DNA of 61,078 bases from Folioceros fuciformis. Taxonomy: Eukaryota. How positions within the stretch are numbered: position 1 is the first letter of the stretch; every line of letters starts with the position of its first letter. The position numbers were made by a program, and so were the translations under genes. The notes beneath the pieces were generated by a model, which saw only the letters and a list, made by a program, of their open reading frames with translations, was not told the origin of the DNA and did not search any database. The stretch spans positions 566,792 to 627,869 of the forward strand of contig JBNGIO010006333.1 in assembly GCA_049999805.1 (NCBI GenBank), written 5' to 3'. This document shows positions 39,423 to 53,101 of the stretch, one piece after another.

Positions 39423-41414
39423 TTATTGTCTCGAGACAAGGTGCAGACTCCATAGAGGGACTGAGTATATTAGGATGCTAGGCAGCAGTGCACACGTGAT
39501 GGATAACACAATGTAGGCGTAGGCACGCCAGGACCTGTCTCCTTGGTGCATCATGTGCACCTCGACCACGAATGTGGAGACAGTGCTCATGCATCCCATG
39601 AGTCCAAGCTGCAGAGATCCCGCAAATAGGGTAGCATTCCCATTGTTGACCTGGAACATAGGCCAAGGCCGGCAATGAGAAAAGTGTTTCATGAAAGCGT
39701 CAAAGGTTAATGTTGAATCGATTGAGAAGCGACGGTTGAGGTTTATGACATTTACCACAATTCTCATAGTGCCCAGGCCCGCATCCAACCATGACGCAAT
39801 AATGTTCGCAAGAAGAGTGCCAACGGGCAACCATTTAATCCAATGCTTTGATCCGATGCCCTGACCATTCAGCCGGGCCAGATGCCACCTTGCCCAGACA
39901 CCAAGAGGTGCCACCACGCAAGCCAGCCAGAGTTTTATTTGATCCATATGCAGCACGGTGAGAACCATAGATGCCACCCACATACCACCAGCTAGAAGTG
40001 AGAAGAACACAAAAAACTTCCATCTGCGGGCAAAGTGATATTCGGCACTCCTCGACAGCCTTCCCACGTCCTTCTCAGCTATTCTCCCTCGCAAAGAGTG
40101 GATGAAACCTAGCAGTGCCCTGGCAGAGTCCATGCCGAAAACGAGAGACATCCATGATAGCTGCATACCTTGGATTGACCAACCATAAGACTGTCAGATT
40201 TTGACCACCCACAGAACCGGCAGCCAAATATCTGAATTCATGAGCGAAAAGAGGAACATACCAACGAGAATGCCGACAAGAGCATGGACCCAGCGGCCCC
40301 CAGTGAGTAGTTCAAGCATGTGCTGGTTCCAGGATGCAAATGTGGTAATGCTGCCCATAAGTCCAGTTGATAAGCCCACAGCCAAGACCTCCGAGTAACG
40401 TGAAATGTGCTGCTTCAAAGTGACGCCCACCCATCCCATAAAAAAGGACCCAACCTGCGAAAGGCAAGAGAAACCATCAACAACGACCTGGATTCCGAAA
40501 GGTGACGGACCGAATCCCCAAAATTGCCAGTACACACCATGTTTGCCGGCAAATCAGTGAAAAGTGCACTCCTATCCCCAGTGACGCCGGCCACTTTCGG
40601 GCCAAACAAAATTTGTAGTCCGTATCTTATGAGCACCTGGACATGCAGTCAAAACCACGTGACGGCGTAAGAGGAGAGCTCAAAGTTGTCATTCTCTCTT
40701 TCAGGATCCTCGTAATGAGTACCATGACATGATCCTCCCTGCAACGAGACCCTCTACCGTTAGCAACGTCTTCAACTAACCAAGCCGTTTACGTACCCCT
40801 AGCATCCCGAACACGGCGAGATGAGCGAGGGTCGACACGTACTCAAGGATTGGAGGCAACTTGCGTGCATCAATCTGACAGAAAAGGCGATAAAATCTGA
40901 CATTGTTACATTATTCCACAAAAAAAAAAAAAACGAATCCAGGGAAATGCGCCGGTGCGAGTGTGGAGAAACCTGTCCTCACCACAGGTTCTGGTTGCAG
41001 AGACGACGCCTTCTCCAGAGGTTGCTCATCACCCACTCTCCTGGACCAGACAACCTCGCCTCCATCAGCCAACCTACATCGTTGAGCGGATGTTGCGGCG
41101 TCGGGCAATCCATGCGCCGGAACCGGCAGTGGAAGTGGCGCAGACGCATCGTGGCTCGTGAACAGGTCTTGCCGGGATGGCCATACCCTAGAGAGGGGAC
41201 CTGAAGAAAAACTTCCGTCGCTCCTGGCCTCAAGACGACCAGAGTCGCCGGCAGTGGCTTCTAGGTGATCCTCCTCGTCCACGGATAACCGTGGTATTCC
41301 AAATGAACGCCTGGAGCTGCCTGAGAGCCGTCTCGCAGCTTCGGGATCCCGGTACCTGTCCGCCAATTCGAAAGCACCGCTGTCGGATGATTCCTGGTCC
41401 GCCATTCGAGCCAT
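39423..41414 (-). CDS. FEX1: Fluoride exporter FEX (two fused CrcB/Fluc domains), several exons
   Basis: HLAVFGMLG/VLIRYGLQILFGP, DLPANM/GSFFMGW, GLSTGLMGSITTFASWNQ, APLGVWARWHLARLNG, GTLLANI, GLMGCMSTVSTF. The ATG at 41414 is tentative. Confidence 0.9.
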
Positions 41415-42830
41415 GAAAGGCCCTGGACAGTGGCTGGCCACTTGCCCCGAAGTGCTCAATCGGGATCCACTATCATCTCATGAGACACGTTTGCTGCATA
41501 CTTCTGGACTGGTCCGAGAGGTGCTGCACCACCTCCAAAACTCCTTCCTCTCAGCCTGGCAGCAGTGCGATGGATCCAGAAATCGTCCAATTGTGCGCTT
41601 GGAAGACCAAGATGCGGCTCTCGCCTCGTCCAGCCTCCCCGCCGTTGCAAGTAGTCTACCGCGCTGTGCAGCAAAAGCGTGAATGCAAGCAATGGGTTGA
41701 GAGACACTTCCTCACCAATGACTGAACACTGGTCGTTTCAAGGTAGCACAGAAGAATGTTCAATCACGGAACAAGTGCAGGAGATAACATCGCAAGACTT
41801 CGAGACGTGAGGCTTGAATGGAGCGAGGGAACCAAAAGATTCTGGAGGACTGAGTATTCCTACGATTGGGCCTCTCAAGGAAGGGCTACCTGCGAAGGAG
41901 CTTGTGTGTCACGGCAGCACTCGTAGCCACGAAGGCAGCGAGAATCTCCACCACACACATGGCAGCCCAAGTCATTTTACTAGCCGCTCTGTTCGTCCTT
42001 CGAGGTAGAGATCCATTCATGCTAGTAGCGAGGTGGGTAGTGCGCACCACGAGGGGAAACATAAAATGAACCGAACTCCTCACACAATTGGAGGAAATGT
42101 ATGTACCAAGAAATTCCTTGAATATACACGTACATGTAGCTATGGGCTGACACTTGACAACCAAAACGGTCCGTGAAACACACACACTCTTCCCTATCTG
42201 GGCTGGCCATGTCAGGGTCCAAGTTGAAAGAGGTGCATCCAAGAGAAGTGAGCTCATTTCTGTCGATCGGAAATATGCAGAAATGAAAATTTCGTGCACA
42301 TGGAACAGGAAGTGGGAGACACCCAATCCAAGGAGTGATCGACAATTCAAGGACGCCCCACATTGAAGTACAGACGGCAATGAGACATCGTGCCCAAGCC
42401 AACCACAACCAGCGTCTGGCTCGCACGCGCCAGGTGGCTCTCGTAGGAGGCCCCTCACCTGCATGCAACTATGGAGGAAACAGCGAGGACTTTCCGAGAC
42501 CTGTCCTTCTCCGGATTTGGATCGCATTTTACGGTAAGACGTGGAGACCAGTTGTTTTCCTGGGCACTGCCACTGGGGGAGAAACCCAGGTGCCCAACGG
42601 CTGGGACCCCGCCACAAGCGGCATGTCAGGTTCCCTAGAGGGACTGTTGAGCGTACAAATTGTTAAAGTAAGTTTTCAAGAGCCAAAACCAAGAGTAATT
42701 CGACAGTGGCATGGGAGAAACCGCCGCTCTCCATGGCACTGGAGATAGTGATTTGACTCCAAGATCTTTCCGAGATTTTGTTCCAAGGTTCCTACAGCTC
42801 GTTGTTTTACGGGCGAGATTCCCTTCACTC

Positions 42831-45800
42831 TCACGGTCGACCCTCACAACTACAACGACCAGCTGGGAATCGATGCACACGGTATCCGTCCCTTACAACG
42901 ATGTCTCCGTTTCCGACCCTGGACATGATCTCCATGGACCTGTGACACTCACTGCACATGCGTAGATTCTCTTGCACCAGCAGAGGTGTGCCACTCGGAG
43001 TGTTAACGAGAGAGCTACTTAACACCATACGCCAGAGCTAGTTTTTCGGCATGTCCACATAGTGCGTCTTCCTTTTCCATATCAGAAACTGGCTTCAACA
43101 CCAGCTTTGCGTGTGGAACGTGGCCCCCTTCCTGCTTCAGACGTGCACTATTTCTCTCTACCCTCACCGCAATTTCTTCTCTACTTCCTCCCACCACAAA
43201 CGTTTGTACCTGCGTTTTCACTTCAATGCCTGCCACTGCAGGTTTTTTATGAGCTCCTGCTGCCAATCTGTCTGTTTCGATCCTCTCCGCATCGCTCCAC
43301 GTACCTGCATCTGCATAGGCATTGGCCATGAGCACATATGCAGATGCCTGCTGAGGCTCCAGTCTCACAAGGATTTCGAAACATCAAGTGGCTCTCTCCA
43401 AATCCACGTGATTTTTGTAGGCATGGAGCAACGACCTCAATCCCACAACAATATTCTGACCCTCAAAAGATAGTAGTGTCTTCTCTGCCTCTTCTAAGCG
43501 GCCTGCTCGCCCAAGAGGATCAACCATGCAGGTGTAATGCTCGATAGTAGGTTTGATGCCATGGCGATCGACCATGGAGTTTAAGTACTAACGACCCTCA
43601 TCCACCAGTCCCTCATGACTGCACGCTGCTAAAAGGCAGGTGAAAGTAGTATCGTCAAGCTGGACAACGGCGACCAACATCTCTTCAAAACACGCTCCCG
43701 CCTTGTGACCTTCGTTACAAGCACCACACCCAAATATCAGGGCATTCCAGGTCACCACATCTTTTGAGACTAAGCTGTCAACAACACGGCGTGCCTCTTC
43801 CAGCTCGCCACGTTTTGCATATATGTCCAAGAGGCAGGTGCCGACCAGTACGTTGTTAACCATCCCTTTGTCCACAATCTGGGAGCGCAGCTGCCTGCCC
43901 ATCTGTAAGGCACCGGCGCTTGGACAGGACTTCAGAAGGCACGCAAAGGTAACATCGTCACCCAGACTGAAGCCCTCCTGTTCCATTTGTCCATACAGAA
44001 CAAGCGCTTCTTGACCAAGCCCGTGCTGGGAATATCCGGCAATCAGGGCATTCCATGTCACCACGTCCTTTGTGACCAAGCTGTCAAAGACCTTGCGTGC
44101 AGCTTCCAATTCGCCACATTTTGCATATCCAGCTATAAGGGCATTCCATGTGACCATGTCCTTCGTGGACAAGCTGTCAAAAACCCTGCGTGCATCTTCC
44201 AGTTCGCCGCATTTTGCATACATGTCCACCAAGCAGGTGCCAACCAGTACATTATTTAGCAGTCCTCTTTCCACAATCTGCGAGTGCAGCTGCTTGCCCT
44301 CGTGTAAGGCGTGAATGCTTGCACAGGCCCTCAGAAGGCAGGAAAAAGTAACATGGTCAGCCACAACCAAGCCCTCTTGCTCCATTTACGCATACAGAAC
44401 AAGCGCTTCTTGACCGAGCCCTTCTTGCGCATACCCAGCTATAAGGGCATTCCATATAGGAAGAGCTTTAGTGGCTAAACTGTCAAAAACCCGGCGCCCC
44501 TCTTCCAATTCACCACATTTGGCATACAGTCCACCAGGCAGGTGCCAACCAGTACGTTATCTAGGAGGCCCTCCTGTTCCATTTGTACATACAACACAAG
44601 CGCGTCTTGACCAAACCCTTGTTGTGCACCCACCAATCATGGCCGTCCAGGTCACCACGTCTTTTGTGACTAAGCCGTCAAAAACCTGCCGTCCCTCTTC
44701 CAGGTCACCACATTTGGCATACATATCCACCAGGGAGGTGCCACCCAATACGTTATCTAGCAGTCCTCTCTCCACAATCTGTGAGTGCAGCTGCTTGCCC
44801 TTCTGCAAGGCACCAGCGCTTGCACAGGCCTTCAGAAGGCAGGCAAAAGTAACAGGGTCACCCACAATCTGGTCCTCCGGCTCCATGCGTCCATAAAGGA
44901 CGAGTGCCTCTTGAACAAGCCCTTGCTGTGCATACCCAGCAATGGGGGCATTCCATGTCGCCACCTTCTTTGAGTCCAAACTGTCGAAAACCTGACGTGC
45001 TTCTTCCAATTCACCACACTTTGCATAGCCAGCTATGAGGGCCGTCCATGTCACCGCATCCTTTGTGGTCAAGCTGTCAAACACTTGGCGTGCATCTGCC
45101 ACATTTTGCATACGTCCAGTAGGCAAGTGCCAACTAGTATGTTATCTTGCAACCCTTTTTCCACAATCTGCAAGTGCAACTGCCTGCCCTTCTGTAGGGC
45201 ACCAGTACTTGCACACGCCGTCAGAAGGCAAGTGAAAGTGACCTGGTCAACCACGATTAGGCCCTCCTGCTCCATTCGTTCATGCAGAAGAAGCGCTTCT
45301 TGGCCGAGCCCTTGCTGTGCATACCCAGCAATCAAGGCCGTCCATGTCACCGCATCCTTTGTGGCCAAGCTGTCAAAAACCCCGCGTGCATCTCTCAAAA
45401 CTCCACATTTTGCATACATGTCCACCAGGGAGGTGCCAACAAACACGTTAGGAGGAATGCCACTGTCCAACACATCAGAATGCACTTTTCTGCCGGATTC
45501 CAAGTCCGTAACGAGTGCACACGCTTGAAGGGCAGCTACAAAGACGTGAGCATCCGACTTCAAACCTGAGCTATGCACCTCATGAAACAGCTTTATAGCA
45601 TCATGAGCTTTCCCATGTTTAGCGTACGCGGATAGAATGGAACCCCACATGAAAGCATCTGGTTTCCCCACCCTGGTGAACACATCCATGCCCTCCTGTG
45701 GCCTACCTCCAAATGCTTACATGCTCGAGATATGGTTTCCCAAGTATGTATTTGACTCGTGCCCAAGTCTGAGACACAGATCATGAACTCGTCGCCCCAC

Positions 45801-46434
45801 AACCAGATTATTTTTGGCTGCACACCCTTTTAGCACGGTGTACAAGAGAGACACAGGGACACGACAGTCTATCTGCGCAAGAGATTATAGGGCTCCAGAT
45901 GCCTCAGTGAGGTTCCCCTGCTGGCATAACTTGCTCACGGTTTCGGCCGTCAGGAAGCCCGTTTCCGACCTAGCATGCCAGCCAGGTTCAGGCTCCTTCG
46001 GGGAGCTACGCTTAGAGGGAGACTCCATGATCCATCTCAACATCCCAAGAGACCAGCTGGTCATCCACCCAAGCTGGCTTGAGAATGCTGTCTAACCAGA
46101 AGACCTCACCGGACCCTTTGCGCCGGAAGTCAGGCGAACGGGATCTCTTCTTCCGTCGTCTGTTGTCCCACCACACGGTCGGGTCCAGAAAGAATTCTCG
46201 CCACAAGAGCTCCTGCTCCTGCTTCTGGCGACGAGCATCGGTGGACAATCCTTCCACAGCCACACAATATTTTGCCGGAAGTGCAGGGTTCGTTCCAATG
46301 CAGCACCTGGAGGCGTGGTTGCGTTCCCGCGATTGACTCCCGTCGATGGGATGAGAGGGAGCTTCTCGCAGACCATCTGTACAGCCGGCAATTTGCTGGG
46401 CGTAAAACGCATCCAGTCGCCATGCTAGAACCAT
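42831..46434 (-). pseudogene. Frameshifted PDF-motif/PLS-PPR/E/DYW:KP gene ending in GRP (copy 2)
   Basis: MVLAWRLD start, intact PDF motif (LLWREFFLDPTVWWDNRRRKKRSRSPDFRRKGSGEVFWL), PLS repeats in at least 5 broken ORFs, then KKPAVAGIEV, CGHAEKLALAYG and ...CSECH...CSCEGRP. Confidence 0.9.
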
Positions 46435-47509
46435 ATTATCCGCAACCGGATATTGTCCGCAACGAAGTCATGGCCCCACTGGAAGAGAGGACTTGTGAAC
46501 CTGCCCCACAATGCATTCCTTTGCCACCACCTCCAAGGGTTGAGGAATACTTGATCAATGACTAATAGAATCTTAAGTAGGATTAAGGATCAATTGCTCA
46601 CTGACAGAATCTCAAACGGGATTAAACATCACTTGCTCACTGGCAAAAATCTCAAATGGGGTTAGTGACAATGTCATTCAGTGCTAAAACCTAATCCACC
46701 TTCACCTAAAAAGAAAGATTAACACTGAGGGAAACACCGTTAAGTAGAGTCTTAAGGGCGCCCCTTGTAAGAAAATAAGCCACCCTCATTTGTCAAGGAG
46801 AAAATAACGTCGTAAATGGCAATTTGAATTTGTTGCACCCTTGTAAAGGGCATAGGGCAATGAGCAAGGTGGATCCATGGGTTAGGAAGACAAAGACTAG
46901 ACTAGGCTTAAGTGAAATCTCACTATAGTAGAAAAAGAGGTTGAAGGTTGGTGCCATTTAAAAAGCCAAAATGCAAGTCCAAGAAGCAAACACCCTACTC
47001 TCTTACATGTTGTTGTATTATTTTCTTTTGCATTACTTTCTAAAGTGAGCTTTTAGAGACTTCAAGCATTTATCGCAGAGAACAAGGATATTTAGGCATC
47101 TGTCCTAAAGAAAAAGGATATGTAGACATAGGTAGGCCTTTTCTAGGATCCTTCCAGAGGTGTCTCTGAGCTCATAATGTCCGAAGAAAAGTAATCTCTC
47201 ACCAACCATAAGGGCTCTTGTAAGGAAAATGTGCAGTCTTTAAAGGACTCCAAAATGCAAGATCCCTAATGACGAAGCAAAACAGCAACTCAAACCCTAG
47301 AAATGCCGATTATATGATGGCCTCCTTAGCCTAGTAAACACCATTGCATGCTAATGCAATTAGGAGAGAAACTTATCGCCTTACTAAATCTCTAGCAATA
47401 TGCTCTGTATTTGAAGGTGTTCAAGCTAATAATGTCAACCATTGTATACATAACTTGCTAATAGCAACGTTTTAGGCTAGACAAGAATGCCAAGCAACCA
47501 AAGCATGTG

Positions 47510-48039
47510 TATATAGCTTGCTAGTCAAAGCTTTTTAGGCTAGACAAGAGAAGGGAATCCAAAAGAACCAAAATTTCACATCGTTTCTAAAAGATGGAGT
47601 TTATCCCACTTCTTAAGAGACCTGGTCTTTAACCTGATTAGATAGCTCGTTACCTTGTGAAGTTTGTCCATACTTATTTGCTTGCGGGCTATATATTAAG
47701 AAGCCAAAATATATTTTATCACTCAAAGTCTGTTAAGCACGGTCTGTCGCGGTTGATGTGTACGCTGGACATGAGATACTATGTCTTTACTGTGCTCACT
47801 CTGGGTAACACTATGGCCGTGCCACGTCTCTTTCGCCCAACCCTACATCGAGGGTGTTGCGGTTGATCTTGCGCTGGACCAGCTACTGCTGTGATTCTGC
47901 CAATCCGAAGGCCGTCTCCAGTTCAGGGAAGAACAATTTTTTTTGACATTCGCACCTTAAAAAAGGAACTCCTATAGTTCTAGGAAAAGCTAAAGACTTT
48001 CTCTGGACTCGGGAAATCAGGCACACATCCCCAGCTTGC
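47510..48039. repeat. Left copy of a ~530-bp direct duplication flanking the Copia element
   Basis: Near-identical to 53430-53992, from TATATAGCTTGCTAGTCAAAGC to CAGGCACACATCCCCA.CTTGC. Confidence 0.9.
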
Positions 48040-48232
48040 GCAGCTTCATATGAAGCTTCTTGCACAGCTTCCTGTGAGCTTCTTATGAAGCTTCCTAGGG
48101 AGCTCTTCTAGAGGGTATAAATACCCCCTTGAGCTCTCTTGCCAACCACTCTCAATGTGACCTCTTTTTCTCCTCTCCTCTCTGCCTCCTCTTCTCCTCT
48201 CCTCCACCATGCTCCTCTAGTGATCCTACAAG

Positions 48233-48244
48233 TGGTATCAAAGC
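48233..48244 (+). promoter_or_regulatory. Primer-binding site (tRNA-iMet type)
   Basis: TGGTATCAAAGC, 2 nt after the LTR end; one mismatch to the canonical TGGTATCAGAGC. Confidence 0.85.
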
Positions 48245-48289
48245 AGGTTGTGGAGCAAGACCATGAAGATGGCCATCTAGGAGGGGGAG

Positions 48290-48581
48290 GGGCGCCATGC
48301 AGGCGCCACCTAGGCGTCATGTGAGAGCCACTAAGGCGCCACCGGGCGCCACATCAGTGCCATATGGGCGCCACATCAGCGCCATATGGGCGCCACCTAG
48401 GCGCCATGTGAGCGCCAGCGGGCGCCACGCAGGCGCCACCGCGGTGCCACCTCGGCGCCACTTGGGCACCACACTGGTGCCACCTCGGCGCCACCCAAGC
48501 GCCACTTGGGCGCCACGCAGACGCCACCTAGGCGCCACTTGGACGCCACCTAAGCGCCACCGGGCACCACGTGGGCGCCTG
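48290..48581. repeat. Array of GGCGCC(A) palindromes with ~11-bp spacing in the Copia 5' leader
   Basis: About 27 exact or one-mismatch GGCGCC copies, counted by eye. Confidence 0.85.
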
Positions 48582-48867
48582 TGACGCGCGAAACGAGCGT
48601 GCCAGTGAAGCGAGGACCCGATTGACGAGCGCCGGAAAGTGAACAAATCGCAGACGCCGAGAGCAAGAGTGTGGGCGCCGTATTGACCCCGGCTGAGGAA
48701 GTCAGGATCTCGATCAGACGTAGGAGGACATTCCTGTTATGAGCGACAGAGGCCCAAGTTGTGGACATACGATTCGGAAGAAGTTGTGAGGGTAACCTGT
48801 AGAATCTACATTTCATTTCGACCAATTTCAAACTAGCTTTTTGGTTGATTTGGATCGATTTTGAAGC

Positions 48868-51800
48868 ATGACGTCCTCAGAAAACGTCATGTTCAATATC
48901 GAGAAGTTAGATGGTACTAACTTCCCGTTCTGGAAAGAACAAGTGTATAATGTTCTAGTACAGAAGAAGCAGATCAAACCCATCAAGCTGCTAGGAGTGA
49001 AACCTGTTAGCATGACTCAGGATGAGTGGCAGGATCTAGATGAGATTGCTAGGTCTACCATCATGCTAACAGTGTCGAAGTCGGTCTACTTCAACGTGAA
49101 AGACAAGACCACAAGTTTCGAGCTATGGCAGAAGTTGTGTGACTTGTATGAGAAGCAAAGTGCGGCTTCTCAGGTGTATTGGTTGAAACAGCTGGTGGAC
49201 TTGAAGATGAAGGAAGGGACGAGGATGTCCGATCATCTGAATGAGTTCAATACCATTTTCAGCCAGCTCTCATCTCAAGGTATCTCGTTCCCAGATTCCG
49301 TGAGAGCTATGTTTCTGTTGGTCACATTACCAGAGAGCTGGGACACCTTCCGCACGGCTCTGAGTAATTCCGCTCCTGCCAGTGGTTTTACCGTTGTAAA
49401 TGTAGAAGGTAGCCTGTTAACAGAGGAGGTGAACAGGAAGAATATGGAACCTTCGAAAGGTTCTAATGCCCTCATGGTGAGAGGAAGGTCCACTTCAAAG
49501 GGGAAGTACAAGGAGCGAAGTTCTTCCCGTAGCAAATCTCGTAGTCGTAACAATGTTGAGTGTTACCATTGTCACAAGAAGGGTCACATCAGAAGGGACT
49601 GCGAGAAGTCCAAGAAGGAAAAAGGCAAGGAGAAGAAGCAGAGCGACAACAAGGCAGATTCGAGTATTGAGTGTGATGAGGTGAACTCTGTTGACGATGA
49701 AGATGTTCTTATCTCTTTTTCTTTTGGTTCTGCACAACTGACAGCCATGGAGAGTCACTTATTCTCTAATTGGATAATTGACTCTGGAGCATCTTTCCAT
49801 GTTACTCCGCATAGGGAGTGGTTTAGCACTTATGATGCTACTAGGAAAGGATGTGTTCGGCTTGGAAATAACTACGCGTGCGAGATAGCAGGCGTTGGTG
49901 ATGTGCAGCTGAAGTTCGACAACGGATCTTCATTCACACTAAAGGATGTCAGGCATGTTCCGAAGTTGACCAAAAGCATGATTAGCGTAGGGCAGTTGGA
50001 TGACGCTGGCTACCACTGTTGGTTTGGAGATCGTTCGTGGAAGATCTCCAAAGGTTCTCTTGTGATAGCTCGTGGATTGAAGTGTGGCACTTTGTACTCA
50101 CTTCAGGTAACCACTGTCAAGGATCATGTGATTTGTGTAGCGGAACAGCCAAGTGTTTCTTTGTGGCATAGTCGGTTAGGACATATGTCTCAGAAAGGAA
50201 TGAAGATCTTATCTCGTTTTGGTTACGTCCCTGCTCTTGACTTCTCCGATTTCTCCGTGTGTGAGCACTGTTTGTATGGAAAACAGACGAAGTCACCACA
50301 TGGAGCAAGAGGTAAACACAAAAGTAAACCTCTTGAATTGGTTCACAGTGACATTTGTGGACCTATGCCCACTGTGTCGTTAGGCGGTGCATCTTATTTT
50401 GCCACTTTCATTGATGACTTCTCACGCAAGGTGTGGGTTTATCCTTTGAGGAAAAAGGATGATGTTATGATAGTGTTTCAAAAATTCGTCACCCTTGTGG
50501 AGAATGAGTCTGGCCTCCGGCTGAAGTGTCTAAGGACAGACAATGGGGGAGAGTATGTCTCGAAGGCTTTCCAGTCATTCTGTGATTCCAAGGGAATCAA
50601 GAGAGAATTGACTGCACCGTATACTCCTCCCCAGAATGGTGTGGCTGAGCGGATGAANNNNNNNNNNNNNNNNNNNNNNNNNNNNNNNNNNNNNNNNNNN
50701 NNNNNNNNNNNNNNNNNNNNNNNNNNNNNNNNNNNNNNNNNNNNNNNNNNNNNNNNNAACTCTGGATTGCCTAACGGATTTTGGGCAGAAGCGGTGGTTA
50801 CTGCAGTGCATCTTATTAACAGATCTCCTAATAGGGCTGTGGATGAACAGGTTCCAGAGGAGATGTGGTATGGAAAGAAGCCGTCATACAAACATCTACG
50901 AGTGTTTGGCTGCGAGGCATACTACCATGTTCCGAAGGAGTTTCGCGACAAGTTGGCTCCTAAGTCAAGAAAATGTATTTTTCTTGGCTATGGTGAATCT
51001 GGTGAGATGGGATACCGTCTNNNNNNNNNNNNNNNNNNNNNNNNNNNNNNNNNNNNNNNNNNNNNNNNNNNNNNNNNNNNNNNNNNNNNNNNNNNNNNNN
51101 NNNNNNNNNNNNNNNNNNNNATGAGACCAAGATGCACAAGAAGCCTACTCCAACTGTGGAGGTGCGACGGGTGGTCTTCCAAGAAGATGGACTTGACCGT
51201 CCTACGCAGGCTGAACATCGTGATGTGCAGGAACAAGTTCCTCCACTTGTAGACGAGGAGAGAGTGCAACCAGCTCCGGTCGAGGCGCCAGTGCTTCGTA
51301 GGTCAGGAAGGATCTCACGTCCTCTTCACAGGTATGTTGCATCTCTTGATTATGTCATGCTAACGGATTGTGGGGAGCCCTCTTGTTACCAAGAGGCNNN
51401 NNNNNNNNNNNNNNNNNNNNNNNNNNNNNNNNNNNNNNNNNNNNNNNNNNNNNNNNNNNNNNNNNNNNNNNNNNNNNNNNNNNNNNNNNNNNNNNNNGAT
51501 TGTGGGGAGCCCTCTTGTTACCAAGAGGCCATGTCAGTAACTGATAAAAACAAGTGGGAGAAGGCGATGCAGTCGCAGATGGATTCGCTCCATAAGAACC
51601 AAACTTGGGAGTTGGTTCGATTGCCTAAGGGCAAGAAGGCGTTGCCATGCAAATGGGTGTATAAGATGAAGGACATACCCCATTATGGCAAACCCAAGTA
51701 CAAGGCACGATTGGTTGCTAAAGGTTTTAAGCAACAGCAAGGTATTGACTTTGATGAGATTTTCTCACCAGTTGTCAAAATGACTACCTTGAGATGTGTT

Positions 51801-53075
51801 CTTGGTCTGGTTGCGAGGAACGACATGGAACTTGTCCAGATGGATGTGAAGTCGGCATTTCTGCATGGTGATCTCCAGGAAGAGGTATACATGCAGCAAC
51901 CAGAGGGTTTCATTGAGAAGGGCAAAGAGAGTCTGGTGTGCAAGTTAAAGAAGAGCCTTTATGGTTTGAAGCAGGCACCCAGGGAGTGGTATTTCAAGTT
52001 TCACTCATTTATGCTTTCTCAAGGCTACAAGCGTAGCGATATGGATCATTGCCTCTATACGAAGCAAGCTAAGGATGGAAGCTTGCTCATTCTAGTCCTC
52101 TATGTGGATGATATGCTAATTGCTGGGACTAACATTGATGAGATTTCAGCGTTGCAGTCAAAGTTGAATGGTCGCTTTGACATGACAGACTTGGGAGAGG
52201 CAAGCCATATTCTTGGCATGCGTATTCGTCGAGACAGACAGAAGCGTTTGATGTACTTGTCTCAGACAGAATACATTAACAAGGTGCTTCAACGTTTCAA
52301 TATGGAGAAGGGGAAGGTCTTAAGTACTCCGTTGCCTCCATATGTGAAACTTTCGAGCAAGGATTGCCCAAGTTCTGCGGAGGATAAAGCTGAAATGGAG
52401 AAGGTTCCATACTCATCAGCTGTAGGGAGTTTGATGTATGCAATGATTGCTACACGTCCTGACATTGCTTTTGCAGTGGGAGTGGTTAGCAGGTTCATGT
52501 CAAACCTTGGCAGGAAGCATTGGGAGGCAGTGAAAGGAGTTATGAGGTATTTGAATGGTACAAAAGCTTTGTGCTTATGTTTTGGTAGTGAAGATGCATC
52601 TGTAGTGGGATATACGGATGCTGATTATACAGGGGATATGGACAAAAGGAGGTCCACATCAGGATATGTCTTCATGTGCACTGGAGGGGCAGTCTCATGG
52701 CGATCTCGTTTGCAATCGTGCATAACGCTATCTACCATAGAGGTCGAGTATGTTGCAGCGACTGAGGCTTGCAAGGAAGCCATGTGGCTTGCTCGTTTAG
52801 TGGGAGATTTGGGGATCAAGGGTGAGCTGCCAGTGTTGCATTGTGATAGCCAAAGTGCTATCCAGTTGGCGAAGAATCCAGTGTTTTATGCGAAGACCAA
52901 ACATGTGGAAGTGAAGTATCACTTCATTCGAGAGGTGTTGGAAGACAAGAGGGTACAACTTGTCAAAGTTCACACTAGTCAGAACCCTGCATATGTTCTT
53001 ACCAAGGGGCTCTCTACGGAGCAATTCGCACAAGCTCGGACACTCATGGGCATGAGCTATACCACTCTCTTATGA
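48868..53075 (+). CDS. Copia gag-pol polyprotein, interrupted by three N gaps
   Basis: Zinc knuckle CYHCHKKGHIRRDC, protease WIIDSGASFH, integrase LWHSRLGH / VHSDICGP / LRTDNGGEY / PQNGVAERM, RT KARLVAKGF / QMDVKSAFLHG / LYVDDML, RNase H GYTDAD...HCDSQSAI. Confidence 0.92.
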
Positions 53076-53091
53076 AGGATAATTGGCCTTT

Positions 53092-53101
53092 AAGTAGGAG
53101 G
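53092..53101 (+). promoter_or_regulatory. Polypurine tract
   Basis: AAGTAGGAGG lies 1 nt upstream of the 3' LTR TG. Confidence 0.75.

Noticed and set aside
41814-42748. ORFs of 137-243 aa between FEX and the PPR pseudogene
   Set aside because: They overlap on both strands and show no family motifs.
46470-47509. Possible additional transposon upstream of the Copia
   Set aside because: It is AT-richer with short internal repeats, but I could not identify termini or coding motifs.
51368-51530. Apparent duplication of DCGEPSCYQEA and frame breaks in the Copia ORF
   Set aside because: Identical sequence on both sides of a 100-N gap points to a scaffolding overlap artefact. The same pattern occurs at 14318-14440.
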